The translations under genes and the position numbers were made by a program. 64,000 bases of DNA from Eledone cirrhosa (taxonomy: Eukaryota): contig OZ024742.1 of the NCBI GenBank assembly GCA_964016885.1, positions 123,504,001-123,568,000 of the forward strand. Reading direction: 5' to 3'. The notes under the pieces were generated by a model. That model saw nothing but the letters and a program-made list of their open reading frames with translations. It had not been told where the DNA came from and did not search any database. Position 1 is the stretch's first letter; each line of letters opens with the position of its first letter. Positions 39,771 through 55,665 of the stretch are shown here, piece by piece.

Positions 39771-41017
39771 AAAAGTTGAGGCTCTCTCTAGAGCGACCCT
39801 CTGGTTTCCCAGCTACGCACTCTACCGTAGAACGTTACTCAGAGAACCCCTCTGAGGAATCCCATTTCGCTTATAAAATGTACATTACATTAATCCAAAT
39901 GTAAATTACATTATCCAAAGTTATATGCGCAGCTATTAATAGGTTTGGTGTTTGTGAGTTACTTTGTCTATGTTTCTACTAAATGGCGTGGTGCAACAAT
40001 AACAGTGACAATTTTATAACGCTATGATAAAGATGATAGCAAGATAATGACGCGAATGATATAAATGTTACAAAGATGATGAAAATGATGATAGTGAGCT
40101 AGAAATAAATGATATTGTTATGGCTTTCAATGATGTTTAATTCGTAAATTAGTAACTGGCTAATTAAAATGAAACAGCTTTTTAAATGCTCATTATATCC
40201 ACAACCAGAGGCTGATACCGTAATTTAAAATAACGGTTATACATATATATTGACTAATTTCATTATTCCATCTAATTATGTTAAATCTGCTATTATTTGA
40301 AATTATATTTTAATGTACAGCCCAAACAATTGAACTCAATTTACTGTTTACGGTGATTATTAACCTCGCTTGCTTTTGTTTTCTAGTCTTATAAGTTCAA
40401 GGAGTTGCTGGTATTAACAAGAATAAAGTTTGGGAAATTTAGAACAAATCTTGATATATAACCATCTTGTGTATGCATATGTATGAATATATAGGTGTAG
40501 TGTTGGTTAAGTAGAAGCGTTCATTTGATCTAAATGACACATTCTTGAATTAATGCAAGTGTTATTTTAGTATAACAGGATGAGAGCTATCTGCCTGCAC
40601 TTACTTATGGCTAGGTGGAGATAAGTAGGTTTTGGGGCTTGGAGCTGGCTAACAAGGTGTTTCTACAGCGAAAATAAAATGTTTAGTCGGCTTTCCTCTG
40701 ATGTACTATGTAATGTACCTCACTAAGGTGCAACCGAAGGTATCGACATCGTGCTATGTTAGAAAACGATGCTATTCAGTCAGAAGTAAATAGCTATAAC
40801 ATTATAAAGAGTCTATAGTGTTTGTGGTTGTTAAGGAAGTGGTGTCTAACGAGGGATAAGATTTAGTTATGTGTTTTTTTAATTTCTGAGCTGAATGTAT
40901 GATTGAAACAAATTCTTTCGTATAATAACTTTGGTTTAATTCCAATTTTCGCATATGCATCATCATAATGTGATGCAATCCTGTTGAAGTCTCTGTTTTA
41001 CAGCAACCTCTCTAACT

Positions 41018-41175
41018 ACAGAAGGATTGAGAATGGGCTGCTGTTTCTATGTATGTATATATATAAATATATATATATATATACCGTATATATATATACA
41101 GAAATAGCAGCCCGTCCTCAACCCTTCTATGTATACATGGTTAGCTTGTCTTTCGTGTTCTTTACTTGTAAATGT

Positions 41176-41217
<42 letters not shown>

Positions 41218-41261
41218 TGCAACATTTACAAGTAATGAGCACGAAAGACAAGCTAAGCATG
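41018..41261. repeat. Two adjacent inverted repeats, each centred on (TA)n
   Basis: agaaggattgagaatgggctgctgtttct pairs with agaaatagcagcccgtcctcaacccttct; catggttagcttgtctttcgtgttctttacttgtaaatgttgca pairs with tgcaacatttacaagtaatgagcacgaaagacaagctaagcatg. Confidence 0.85.
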
Positions 41262-41774
41262 TGTGTGTGTTTGTATTTATAAAGTAGATCATATTTAGTT
41301 GTTCTTGGCATGAGCTACATGCTATTCTCTAGCATCGGTGCAAATAACAACCAGCGGCATAATAATGCTGTTAAACATTTTTCACTTTGTAATACTAATT
41401 AATGGACCTTGTCGACATCAACAGGTATTATTTTTAATTACAGCTTAACAAGTATTTCCCAGAAACATGGTTTAACATAATCCTACTGATATTTTCGTTA
41501 AAGAAGAATTATTGGAAACATTTTATAGGGATGTCGTTTCAAATTATGAAAAGGAAACATTTAAAACAATAATTGAAAGGTTATATTAAAATAAAAGAAG
41601 AAATATTTACAATCTGTTATATGTAACAAATTATTCTCCAATATGTTCGAATATATTTGATAAAGAAAGAGAAAGGGTCACTTAAAATAATTGTTTTCTT
41701 GTAAATATGAGTATACATTTTGTTAAAAATATGAATATATATTTTTATAAAACTTACGTATTCATAATAGATAA

Positions 41775-41940
41775 TAGATTCTTATTTAGGCTCAAGGAAG
41801 GCGAACAATTTTGTTGGAAGGAAAAGTTAATAAAATCGACCCCGTAAATATGAATGCCAAAGCTAACACTGGCGGGATTTGAACACATAACGTAAATAAC
41901 TATATGCCGCAAAGCATGTTACCCGACGCTCTTCCGTTAC
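41775..41940 (-). mobile_element. Old SINE A
   Basis: aatcgaccccgtaa...ggcgggatttgaac...cgcaaagcatg..acccgacgctct. Confidence 0.7.
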
Positions 41941-41959
41941 TACGTTACAGAATTTGCTT

Positions 41960-42222
<263 letters not shown>

Positions 42223-43096
42223 CAAGGTGTGTCAGAAAAGTTCCACGACTGATGTCACAAAAGATTTATTTCAAACCCAAACTTCACACTAAGTGTTTTC
42301 TCCTTCAAAGTAATCCCCTTGGAGTCTAATGCACTTTTCCATCCTTTTCTGCCACGCTTGCATCCACTCCTGGAAGGATTCTTCCGGGATCCTCCGCCGT
42401 TCCGTCGTCACGGCCTTTTTGATGTCGTCCACGTCTTCAAAACGGGTCCCCTCCGGGTCGTACTCGGTGTTGACTGTCCCTAGCAAGTCTGATTCGGTTT
42501 CAAGCCGCTCGAGGATGTCCTGGCACACTAGCATGCGTCGACCCTTCTGGTCATCGTTCAGCAGTTTTGGCACCATCTTCGCGCAGACTTTCCGCATGTC
42601 CAAATCTTCAGTGAGAATCTTCCAGACTCTGTCCCGATTCATGCCCAGCTCATTTGCCATCAGTCGAACAGTCAGCCGAGGATCACTACACACCATTTTC
42701 CTGACGCGCTCAACGTTGACCCCAGTCCTGATTGTTGAGGGCCTTCCGCTCCTGGGATCATCTTCCACGTCCTCGCGTCCTTCTTTAAACCTCTTGCACC
42801 ACTCAAAAACACGTGAGCGTGACACCATCTCATCTCCATACACTTGCTGCAGCAATCCCAGTGCTTCTGACGAGTTTTCAAGTTTGTTCGTTGCTCTGTG
42901 CTCATTGCTTGACGACCTGAAAGAGAGGACATGTATATAAAATTATGAAGAAAAAAGTTTGATCGCTGCAGAGAGCTAAAATTACAGTTACATACTCCAG
43001 GGGGTTTACTTTGAAGGAGAAAACTCTTAGTGTGGAGTTTGGGTTTGAAATAAATATTTTGTGACATCAGTCCTGGAACTTTTCTGACACACCTCG
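42223..43096 (-). mobile_element. Non-autonomous mariner derivative (874 bp) with ~103-bp TIRs
   Basis: TIRs at 42223-42325 and 42994-43096 (CGAGGTGTGTCAGAAAAGTTCC...); inserted in (TA)n; internally deleted transposase. Confidence 0.95.
42289..42855 (-). pseudogene. mariner transposase lacking the DDD catalytic domain
   Basis: HTH region ([26 protein letters not shown]), KMVPKLL (WVPxxL-like), then YDPE fused to GTRF...CIRLQGDYFE. GDESW, HDNA and YSPDLAP.D motifs are absent. Confidence 0.9.
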
Positions 43097-44111
<1,015 letters not shown>

Positions 44112-44814
44112 GGTTTCGTTGTTTACTCCCTTTCGATTTAGCTATTCTTTCACCCCCCTCCCCTTCTACAGTACACTTTTCTCGACCTTCTATACACTAT
44201 CCTTAGAATCTGCTGTAGAGGTTTCACTTTCAACGCTTGACTGGGTTTCCCCCACTCCATCTTTGTTCTACCCGCAAGTTCAGATACCCCTACCTCCCAC
44301 CAAATGCCATGATAGAATCATCTGTCTTTACAACAAATTTTTGACGAATCCTTTTGACAATTACTATCTTCCCATATAAGGAATTACCCTCTGAGAAGTT
44401 CGACTATTTATTTACCAGGCTAAATCTTCTTATTTAGTCCAGATTTAGCCGTTGAAACGGCTTGAGCTCTGCCATCGGGGTCATAATTGTTCCTATTACC
44501 CACTCTACTACCCTAAGTATTGAGTACTTTGGTGCGTTATGGTCCATCTGGTTCCTTACCACACTTCCTTCGTTATATATATATATATAACGAAGCAGTG
44601 TGGCAAGGAACCAGATGGATCATAACGCACCAGAGTACTCAATACTTAGGGTAGTAGAGTGGATAATAGGAAAATATATGACCCCGACAGCAGAGCTCAA
44701 GCCGTTTCGACGGCTATTTCTGGACTAAATTTATATTCCAGACTAAAAATTCTAATTTAGTCCAGAAATAGCCATCGAAAAGGCCTGAGCTCTGCCGTCG
44801 GGGTCATACTTTTT

Positions 44815-44818
<4 letters not shown>
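44112..44818 (+). mobile_element. Penelope-like terminal repeat in direct/inverted/direct arrangement with a hammerhead-like motif
   Basis: C-rich UTR-like stretch, hammerhead-like motif at 44383-44488, ~140-bp inverted arms 44432-44573 and 44590-44730 around (TA)8, third partial copy at 44755-44818; (TA)n flanks. Confidence 0.65.
44383..44488 (+). ncRNA. Degenerate type I hammerhead ribozyme
   Basis: accct-CTGAGAA (decayed CTGANGA)...stem II...GAAACGGC-ttGAGCTCt-GCC(a/g)TC-GGGGT; the sister copies restore the GTC cleavage triplet. Confidence 0.55.
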
Positions 44819-44871
<53 letters not shown>

Positions 44872-45111
44872 ATATATGTATACATATATATACATATATA
44901 TATACATATATATATATATATATGGTAATGGTGTTAGACTTACGATCATAATGTTGTGGCTTCGATTCTTGGGTTGCTCGTGTAAAGCACTCCATTTCAT
45001 ATATATATATATAGAGACCAGGATTTTTTCACTCTGAGGATTGAAAGCAAAATCTTTTGCTTTTAAGAAACCACTGGTAAATGCAATAATTGCCTTATGT
45101 TGTTTATTACA

Positions 45112-45168
<57 letters not shown>

Positions 45169-46074
45169 CTTTTCTTATGATTCCTTACGAATAAGACAGT
45201 TCTAGTCCTGCAGAAGTGATTCCTATGATAAAAGGAGTATATCTATACTTTACTAACGGACCCGTTATAACTGGTCCCCTCCCGATTCACATCGGGATCC
45301 TACACACGCACACACACACATATATATATATATATACATTTACTGTCTTCATTACATAAACAATACCGGGTCTTCCAAATGAAGTGTTTACTTTGTAGTC
45401 AGTCATATCATGCCCAGTGTTTATTTTGAATTCTTCGATTTATTTCACCAATCTATTCGTCGAATCGCTGGCTTAGGTGTCATAAACAAACAAAACCTGC
45501 TGTTAAAACCTTTCACCGCAAATGCACTGACATCGATACACAGTTACATCCACAGAAACATATGTATAGATATGACGAATTTCTGTGTGGCTGCGTGCGC
45601 GCGTGTTTCCTGATATATAAATGTCTCGAAAAGGAAAATAACAGTTTTGATTTGCATGCTACATTAACTTACATCGATATATTTCGTTTTGGGGATTATT
45701 TAATTTTATATGACTTTTATTCTCTACAAAATGGCACCCTCTCACTTAATCAAATTTAGGATATGAAAGCCGATGGTTGATTAAAATAAAATGGACAACA
45801 CATTCAATGAAATTTGTGCCCGTACCTAATTTGAAATAAAACACTTTCTTTTAAATCGACTCTCGGATACTCCATAGACTTTATCCTCTGTGCAACCTGT
45901 GGAACGAATCCCTTATAATTTGATAGACAAAATGCTGTCGTGACAGGAAAATGATACGAATTTGCAAGGACATATTTGATTTTGTAGTTTATTTACTTTA
46001 ATAAGTATAACATTTATGTTTTCTGAATCCAGAAAGCTTTGTAAACACATGCCCACAAATTATCAGCTATCATC

Positions 46075-46160
46075 TCATCCTTACGGGGTCGATAAAATAA
46101 AACACCAGTAATACACTGGGATAATTGCTGGCTTTGTGCCCAAATTAGAAACAATTATTA
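46075..46160 (+). mobile_element. 5'-truncated SINE A
   Basis: tcatccttacggggtcgataaaataa...ttagaaacaattatta. Confidence 0.85.
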
Positions 46161-46171
46161 TAGATATGCAA

Positions 46172-46395
46172 GGGATAGGCAGTATCGGTGGAGCATTCGG
46201 CACCATGCTTTGCGGCATATAATTACGGCTCTTTACGTTTTAATTTGAAATCCCGCCGAGGTTAGCTTGGCTTTTCATCTTTAAGGGAGTCGACGAAATA
46301 AAGTAGTACCAGTAACAAACTGAAGTCGATTTAATTGACTTTCTCTTTCCCTTCAAATAGCTGGCCTTGTGCAAATAATAGAGACAGTTATTATA
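46172..46395 (+). mobile_element. SINE A (long subfamily) next to the tail of the preceding copy
   Basis: ggcagtatcggtggagc...gaaatcccgccgagg...gctggccttgtgc; flanked by ttattatagat on both sides. Confidence 0.85.
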
Positions 46396-46693
46396 GATGC
46401 GTGTGCATGAGATAAATCTCTGTGTTAGTGTGTGTTGTGCATATGAAACAATATTGTTAAATTCAGAGGGTATGGATATTTTTGCGTTGTGATACCTTTC
46501 TTTGTTTTGGGAAGAGAGATCTGCGGGCGTCATATTTTCCCTTGGAGTGCCAGAGATTCACTAGTATGTATAGTATTCCCGGGTGGGACTTTACTATTCG
46601 TATTTTTGTTCTACTCTTCCTGACTCGAATCTATTGTACCAGCTTCTTTCAATTAAATGTTTCTCTGATTCAGTTTGAATGCTTTCCCTCTAA

Positions 46694-46695
<2 letters not shown>

Positions 46696-46746
<51 letters not shown>
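46696..46746. repeat. (GA)n microsatellite
   Basis: Directly visible. Confidence 0.95.
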
Positions 46747-46752
<6 letters not shown>

Positions 46753-47325
46753 TGTGTGTTTCAGAGAAGAAACAGAAAAGGGTAACTTTGCATTTACTGA
46801 ATTTCTTTATCCACCAAAGCAACCATTTTAAACTGAGATGGTTTAAAATTATCCCGTTATCAGCCGTTTTTTGCATTATTCCGATCAACATTCGTGTGTC
46901 TGTATTTTCAATTGGCGAGCATAAATATACGACATAGTACTCTTGTACAAATTGTTACGATTTAAACAGGATGAACTCGAACGATTTCAATGTTATTAGA
47001 AATGTGAAATATTGGGTCAGTGGAATAACGTAGACTCAATTTTGTTTCCTTTTTTTTTTAAAGTAAGAGCTACACTCATGTTTATAGGGAGAGTGAGATA
47101 TTGAGAGCCATATTCCTTTAATAATTTCTCCTCTCTCTCTGTGATAAGAAATATATGAAATGAACAAAAGGTATTTGTATAATTATACATATTTGTATAA
47201 TTATACATAATTATATCAATAATAAACTAATTATATATTTTAAATTATATAATTAAATTTCGGAAGTAATTTACTATATTTGCAAAAATATATAAAAACC
47301 TGCATAAGAAAACAAATGCCACTTT

Positions 47326-47367
<42 letters not shown>

Positions 47368-47784
47368 ATATATATATATTCCGCTGTTTCATGTGGCCAC
47401 GTTTAATAAATCAGCCAGCTGTGGATAAAGGAATAGATGAAAATTATAGTGGTAAGAAACTCTCCGGAGAGCTGGACAGAAGCTGTTTAGACAAGAACCC
47501 CCACCCTCAAGCAAGTGTTTCGTGCCTTAACCTCTTACACTCTAAGAGGGCTGGGCTGCATCCTTTATATAGTGCACTTATTTATATATAAATAACATAC
47601 GTCATAGATAACATTAAAACGTATCTATATGAAGAGCAATTGGGACCGTATCAGTCTAAAATGCAATCTTGGCATAACAGAAGGTCAATTTAAGGCTATT
47701 TTAGATACTGGTCATCATTTCTATGATTCATTACATTCGATGGCATCTGTAACAGAAATTTTATGAATGTATTTCCCTCATCCA

Positions 47785-48045
47785 CTTTCTTCTTCTTCAT
47801 CGTCGTCTTTTTTTTCTTTTTGTCAGAAGTAACCCTCTCCAACTAATTCAGTTGGATCACCAAGCGTGACCAGCTACGCTCATGGATGTTATCCAACCAT
47901 CTTGCACAGGGTCTACTCCTGGGATCCTGCCGGCTGGTTTTGCCAATAAAATCCGTCCAGCGATTCATTCCCGGGGCATTCTATCCACATGTCTGAAGTA
48001 TCAGAGATGTGATCTCTCAAGTTGGAGAATTAGTGGCTCGAGGTG
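47785..48045 (-). mobile_element. RTE-like LINE 3' end (second family), CpGs retained
   Basis: caagcgtgaccagctacgctcatggatgttatccaaccatcttgc...ccgtccagcgattcattcccggggcattctatccacatgtctgaagtatc (minus strand LRYFRHVDRM..E). Confidence 0.8.
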
Positions 48046-49935
48046 AATCGACTATCTTTTAATTTTGTGATCTATATAATTCCCTCCAAAATCATGTAAC
48101 ATATTAATATTTTCTGAATCTACCCATTGCTTGCATTATACAATCTCAATATAATATGATTTTTTTTTAAATTATCCTTTTTCTTAGGTTATCCTTTCAT
48201 ATTGATAATTAATTCATTGTAGCCAAAACAAACGTTGGAATAAATAGTTTATTATTTCATATTAGTTATAATATTGCAATTAGAGTTTTGTTGGTAATCA
48301 ATTTAAAAATAATTCAAAGGGATTATTTTCAGCCTGCCTCTGTTTTTCTCTGTTTCGATATAATACAGCATAAGTTTAGATGCGAGCACACGATATACAT
48401 GTCTCGGCCGGTTAATGCTCTAAGAATGTTCAAACTTTATCCTTGCTACACAATCTGAGAGTTTATGTATCTTTCTCTTAGGATCGTAAAATCAGTAGCT
48501 GCGTAGTTTTATTTGAATATTTATCTAAATCAAAACATATTAACCGTACAATTTATCTCAAACTTTGAGTAACACGTTTTGCCAAGATTATGAAGTACAC
48601 ATATGGAATATCGTTATTTTCGTAATATTGAATAAGCTTTCTTTGTTATGACAATTGTTCAACCAGACATACTCATACTACAAGTACCAGCTTACAATAG
48701 AGTAAATTCAATGAACATTTCAGAACTGTTCTCTTCCAGCAATTGAATATATATTCGCTACAAACCCATTATTCCTACCTGTTTTCTGTGCAATCATATT
48801 TTGTAAATATTCCTTAGATGACAATTATAGATTAAAAATTATGAAACAATTCAAGAATATCTGCTTTTCTATTCAAACAATATATATTCATGGCAACGTA
48901 GAAAATATTTTTCGTCTTGCCTAGAGGCATAATGTAGATATCTAGCTTTGTATTTCTTCGTACAGCAATCAATAAAACGTACAGAAGAGCACTTATCACA
49001 CCTTGATAATGTTCATGAAAGCTATATTACTTTCAACCAATGCAATATTCTAGCTATATGATTTTCCCATAAGTACACTAAGCTGTTGAAAGTAATATAT
49101 ATTCAATCATAATTGGGACATTGATTCAACTTTCATCAAAGAAATCTGTTTTCAAAATAAACTAGATTGATTAGGTTGTTGAATATGATGTTGCAAAATT
49201 GTCCCTCTAGTTATTAATTGTTTAAAGACGCACGTGCTGTTTAATTATTACCATAGTATATGTCAATTCCCAAAGAGACCACAAAGCGTAAATAATTAAT
49301 GTTAAATGATGATCGTCTCTCTCATAATGTTTTTAACATAATGTACTTTGAGATATAATGGTAATTTATAGAGTTCTTGTGTTCCTCGTACAACATTATT
49401 CTGAACAATAAATATTTCACATAATTCTCTTTTATTTCATATTTTTATTTGATTTTTTCTTTTGTTTTTAGTTAAAAATTAATAGGATTACGTTCTTTTC
49501 CTTATTTGAGAGTATATAAATTCACATCGCTGGCCCACTTAATAGAATGATCAATGCTAATGATAGGCAGCACTGCAAATAATCGATTAGAGTCATCTTT
49601 ATAATTCTGATATATTATAATTGATTAGTAAACCAGTTTAACACCACCACTGGCCCATGGGTGCCTTTAGCGGATTCTACGGCAATATTTCTATATAAAA
49701 GAAAATTGTTCAAATATTTTTTTTTTGCGTAAGTTTAGTGTATGTGAAAGGAAATAATTAAGAGAATGATACTGACGGAGATTTTTTTGTGGGTGGATTT
49801 TTCTATTGACCGCACTTTCTAACGGGTGTTGTACATAACTTTTCAAAGATTTGTCATTGTTTGAATTCAGTTTATTCAGTTTTCATAACCTCAAAGAATC
49901 TGTATTTTTTTTCCGATTGCTGTGTGTGTGTGTGT

Positions 49936-49989
<54 letters not shown>

Positions 49990-50220
49990 ATAATTGGCGA
50001 TGGAGTCGCAGGGGCGCCGAAATGTCATACAACGATTCTTGGGCATTTAAAAAACATGGCGCCTCTCATATCCTCTCAAAGATTCATGATGATGCATAAA
50101 ATGAAAAAGTTTATTACGCTTAAGCGAGCTATTATTAGCAATAAGTTAGGCGTCAGTGTGGGTTGGTGACGACGTATGTGTTGGGTCAGAAGTGACATAG
50201 AATCGGATCGTCAGTAAAAA
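49990..50220 (+). promoter_or_regulatory. Possible regulatory/promoter segment
   Basis: Local CpG cluster, YY1-like aaaacATGGCG at ~50062-50072, tgacg motifs; no convincing ORF. Confidence 0.2.
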
Positions 50221-50431
50221 AGAATCGAGAAGTTGTTTGGACTGTGTTGTACAGAAAATTTGACATTTTGTGTCTGGGGAAAGTTCTGTTTACATTGTAT
50301 TGACATATTGAAGAATTCTGTAGCAGCTATCAAAATCAGTTCGTTTATGTATGTGGAATATTCACATTCCCGGTGAATTTTGAATATACGAATTTGGCTC
50401 TCAGTATATTAAAATGCAAAACGTTGATCTC

Positions 50432-50786
<355 letters not shown>

Positions 50787-51801
50787 GCACGCGCATACAT
50801 TATACCCACATAATACGACACTTTCGGATAGGCAATTGCAGCAAGGAGTAATTACATCAACAATCAGCCGTTTATGAAGTGTAATTAGATAGAAAATATA
50901 ACAGTTGATAATACAATATCGAACTTTATCAAATAGTAGAAGTTGATGAAATATATATTGGTTGAAATAAGGAAGCTATAGAACATTGTTGGTTTCGATG
51001 AGATTTCCAGCTGATCGTTCGTTTGTAGTTGTCCCAATCTGATTTGTTTCCCTACGTGGACATTTCAATAATGGTTACTTCTTCTCCCTCATCGAATTTA
51101 ACCAAAATAAATATTTTGGTAGCGCTTCATTCCCAAGATTATATATCTGGACCAGAACTATTTCAAAGCTGGCTAGGTTAGTGATTATTTCTGTAATGTT
51201 AGCTGGTATTGCTACATTTTTCATTGCTGTGTAAAAATTACGATGAAGCAAATTTTCGAAGAGTTTCTTTTTCTAACAACTGCTGATAGTTGCTTTTTCC
51301 ATCATGTTTAATACCGCCTTTAGATCAGAATGCGTTGAATCTGTTGTACTCAGATATAGAATGATTTAATATTAGGTGTTTTTATAAAGATATATACGAT
51401 ATATCTATGAATAATAAACATGCAAGTGTCTCGCCGAGGATATTTTAATTTGTTATCATGTCACAGCTATTTTAGTATCTGTATGAGAATATTAGATACG
51501 TGTTTCAGGATTTTTATCATCATTTAATGACGCGGTACCGAGACAAGAATAATTTATATAGCCCTATTCTGAACCACGCTATATTAGTGCCACTGCTAAT
51601 AGATTGGTTTAGTCTCTGAATCTCAGATATATAAATTCGTTCGTTATATTTAGCCATCCACAAGCCATCCACAAGCCATTCGGTAGACGCATGTTGTAAA
51701 TTACTGCTAAAACATTTATATTTAAATGTTCGTATCACTTTGACTAAAAAGCAACAGCAACATATTATTATTTTGCAAGATATTATTATTTTGCAACATA
51801 T

Positions 51802-51850
51802 TAATGCACTGGGTAATTGCTGGCCGTGTGCCTAAAGTAGAAACAATTAT
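51802..51850 (+). mobile_element. Very short 3' fragment of SINE A with a triplicated target motif
   Basis: taatgcactgggtaattgctggccgtgtgcctaaagtagaaacaatt; attattattttgcaa at 51764, 51782 and 51846. Confidence 0.85.
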
Positions 51851-53794
51851 TATTTTGCAAAATGATTGTATAAAGAGTATAGAATGGCCAAAATAGTTTC
51901 CATGCTTATATTCTCTTATAAACATACTCTCCAACTACATGTACAACATGATGAGGTAATTATTCGTTTGTTTTATGATTAATCGCTATCAGCCAAATTT
52001 CTTGAATTCGTTTCCCCTAAATTCTTATGATGAGTATCGGTAATTGTATGTCTAATCAACAAAGTGTTATAACAAACAGCTGCTTAAGTTTGTGAAATAT
52101 ATTGGAATGAGTAGCTGTATTATTGCTAGAAGCAGATAAAACAGACTTTTATAAGGTACATTATTTCAAATGTACTTCTATTTATAAATTAATGCTTGTT
52201 ATCAAATATTTGTATGAATAAAACATTAGTGTACGCTTATCCTATAGTTAAAGGTTTGTCTCATTCCAACTCGGGTAAGACAAAGTTGGTACAGCTTTAG
52301 ACGGCAAAATATGTAGTTTCTAAGCTAGAATGCTTATATTAAGGTATTTATGACTTATTGGATTCAATGATACATCCTGGAACTATACTCTAACCATGTT
52401 TAACTTTGAGGATTCTACTTCTATGTGATTAATAAATAAATTTAAATATCTATTTCCTCTCAGATTTGGGCAGTGGCCAAGTGATTAACCTTTCTTGTTC
52501 AGAAATAGGATTTTTCATCTACCAAAGACGACTGAGAAACATTATTGACCGTGTTCGAAAGATTATTTATGTGAGCCTGGTTGTTAATAATTTTGCATTG
52601 CAAAGTACGACAGCTAGTTGTAAATTAATTCTCATTAAGCAATGTACAGCAATTATCAACGTGCAATATATTTGTGAGTACTCAGACTTCTTTCTAAGAA
52701 ATGACCAACAATTTAAATTTAGAGAGACCGAATCTTTCTATTTTCGAATGTTTGTCGGTTTGGTTTTAAGTATTCATTTTGTACAATGTTCAACTTGAAT
52801 CTGTTACTAAATTGGATTTATGTAAAAAGAACTGTGTGTTACTAATTTGTATCAAATTTAGAATTTTTACACCCAGTTGGTAGTATTAACTTTAACCCTG
52901 TATATAGAGGTAAAGGGAGAAACCCCCTTTGGCCACGAATGACCATGGGTTTTGTAACTAGAAGGTTCCCCTCCGAGCCACAATGTATGGCCATGTTTTG
53001 TGTGGATTACAGCATTTTAGTAATGAAATCTAGGAGCATAATGATTATGGCTATTATTGCGAATGTGTCTGGCGATGAGTATAACTTATAATTCAAGTTT
53101 ATGATAGCTAAATTTGGAATATCTTTTGGAATCATGTCAGTTCCCTCATGTACATGATGAAGTAAAATAAAGGTTAAACGCTTGCAACAATTCCATTTTC
53201 TGATGTTCCACATTTTAAAGGAAGGAGGATTTATCTTTACCAAGATTCCAGCCATTACTTTAGATGTATTACAATTCATCTTCAGCACGACATTGATCGA
53301 GTAGTAGATCAACACGAAACAACATTTTCAAAGACTTTCTTACAATTATATAAAAAAAAGTCTGATAGGTGAAATGTTTCCACCACTTCAGATATCACAA
53401 CGGCGTCAATTATTCATATAATACTTTTGACTATGAAATATCAGTTTGAATCAGCAAGACAGATCTTTGAACTTCTCTTTGCTAACACAGAGAGCAAAAC
53501 CTTCAAATAAATTAACGAGAGTAGAAGAGAACTGTTCATAACTACAGCAGATATTAATTGTATAGAAACTACGAATCTCCATCTTCAATGTAAAATATTT
53601 GTGTATAAAATCTAAATAACCTGAACAAATTGCATGGATTGCGTTATTGATTTGAAACAGATAACGCATATCTTCGGAGTACTACGAAATTACCACACGC
53701 TAAGCCAAAACATTTAGTTACAACTAGAGAAACAAGACGATACATTTAAAAGTCGAAAACTAGTGTATATTGGTAAATAAGATGTTTCTTTACA

Positions 53795-54120
53795 GGATAC
53801 TTTCCCGTTCTGCAGGAACAGACCCCTCATCTGGGATGTTACATGTTGTGACACCTTGTCTAGCGGTAACCTGGTGCGTTAGGCTACCAGCCCAGGTTTC
53901 ACTACCCGCCAGGCCGAAGAGGAAAAACTGTCCAAGTATCGGCCACTCTCTGATACGTTTCAGGTTAAGTATGTGGCAGGGAAAGTTGCGACATTCTTGA
54001 ACGCCGGACCACATCCATATCGGACTGGAGTTAGCTGCTCGCAGGGGTCGATCCTGTGTGACTCCCTCGCTGTCCTCCGAGGCAATGTCTCCTCCATCCT
54101 GTTGGCGAACTGTCTCTTAA
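53795..54120 (+). mobile_element. CRE-clade RLE/C-terminal fragment
   Basis: FPFCRNRPLIWDVTCCDTLSSGNLVR*ATSPGFTTRQAEEEKLSKYRPLSDTF ... SLAVLRGNVSSIL; homologous to 6400-6700. Confidence 0.82.
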
Positions 54121-55098
54121 GATATGCTGTTTGTTTGAAGTTTAAATTTCAAGAATGTAATAAGGATATATTATCAGGTGTTTTTTAAAACGAATATCAC
54201 GCCAACATATCTGTCGGAACGTAGGCAGTTTGTAAAATATTGACATGATTACTCTTAATCATGAGGAAATTCTAACTTTAATAATTAAGTAGAAACTGAT
54301 TATCAGGTAAAACAGTTTCAGCAAAAGGGAAACAGATGTCAGTTAATGATGGTGCAACTGTTGTTATTTCATATATTAGTTTCTTTATGAAGAATGTCGT
54401 ACACGAATATGGCGCTATTGTATTATTATTTTCCTGATGTACAACATTTCAGTAGTGGAGGTAGGTTATTGGGAAACGTTTATTTGAGACTTATGATTCA
54501 CCTTTCTTTATAGCTCTATATTGTGATGATGATTAAGACAGTTATATTATATTAATTCTCGTTATACTCTGTATCAGCATTTCTTCAATGATAATCTAAG
54601 AATATTTCTTAAGTATATGGTGCGTTATCTTATACGGATAAGATTTATCGTTGTGTCTGGATCTTTCTCGTCACTATATTTATCATGGTTGACATATTTC
54701 GAGTCATTCAGTTCATTATTATAGAAGAAGTTATAGCTGACAATGTTGATTAAATATCACTATCTATTTCCGCATCTCCTTGATCCTGCTATTTTCTTTT
54801 TCAAAAATTTCTTTTAGGTGTTCTTTTGTTGTTCAAGTTTATTGGCGTCAAATATCTTTTCGCATTGTTGTCCCTTGTTTTTTTTTTGTTTTTTTTTCAA
54901 TCTTTACATCTTTCTACAATTATATATTTTCTTTCTCGCTCACTCCTGTTCAATTATTGCATTCCAATATTGTTATCCCTCTTACGCTATGTTTTATGTA
55001 ATCATTTCAATATTATTCGATTTTGAGACGTCATTATAAATGCATAGCAACTTTTTTTAACTCATTGTTCAATTTCAACTTCAATCGGCGGACACAGA

Positions 55099-55390
<292 letters not shown>

Positions 55391-55527
55391 GAGGAAGGAA
55401 GGGAAATAACACAAGTGCATATTTATTTTCATTCAGACATTCTGAAGAGATGTTGGTCAGTTGGTACCTCAGGTATTAGAAAGGTTTAGGAAGATAGGAA
55501 GATAGGAAATCTTTGTATATCTGGAGA

Positions 55528-55575
<48 letters not shown>

Positions 55576-55578
55576 CTC

Positions 55579-55610
<32 letters not shown>

Positions 55611-55611
55611 A

Positions 55612-55665
<54 letters not shown>

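Noticed and set aside
42329-42940. 203-aa plus-strand ORF
   Set aside because: Antisense shadow of the mariner transposase frame.
50066-50169. aaacATGGCG as a translation start
   Set aside because: Only ~33 codons before a stop, no convincing donor and no recognisable peptide; kept only as a weak regulatory motif.
52466-53669. ORFs of 72-110 aa as host exons
   Set aside because: No recognisable domain or consistent splice structure; lengths are compatible with chance.
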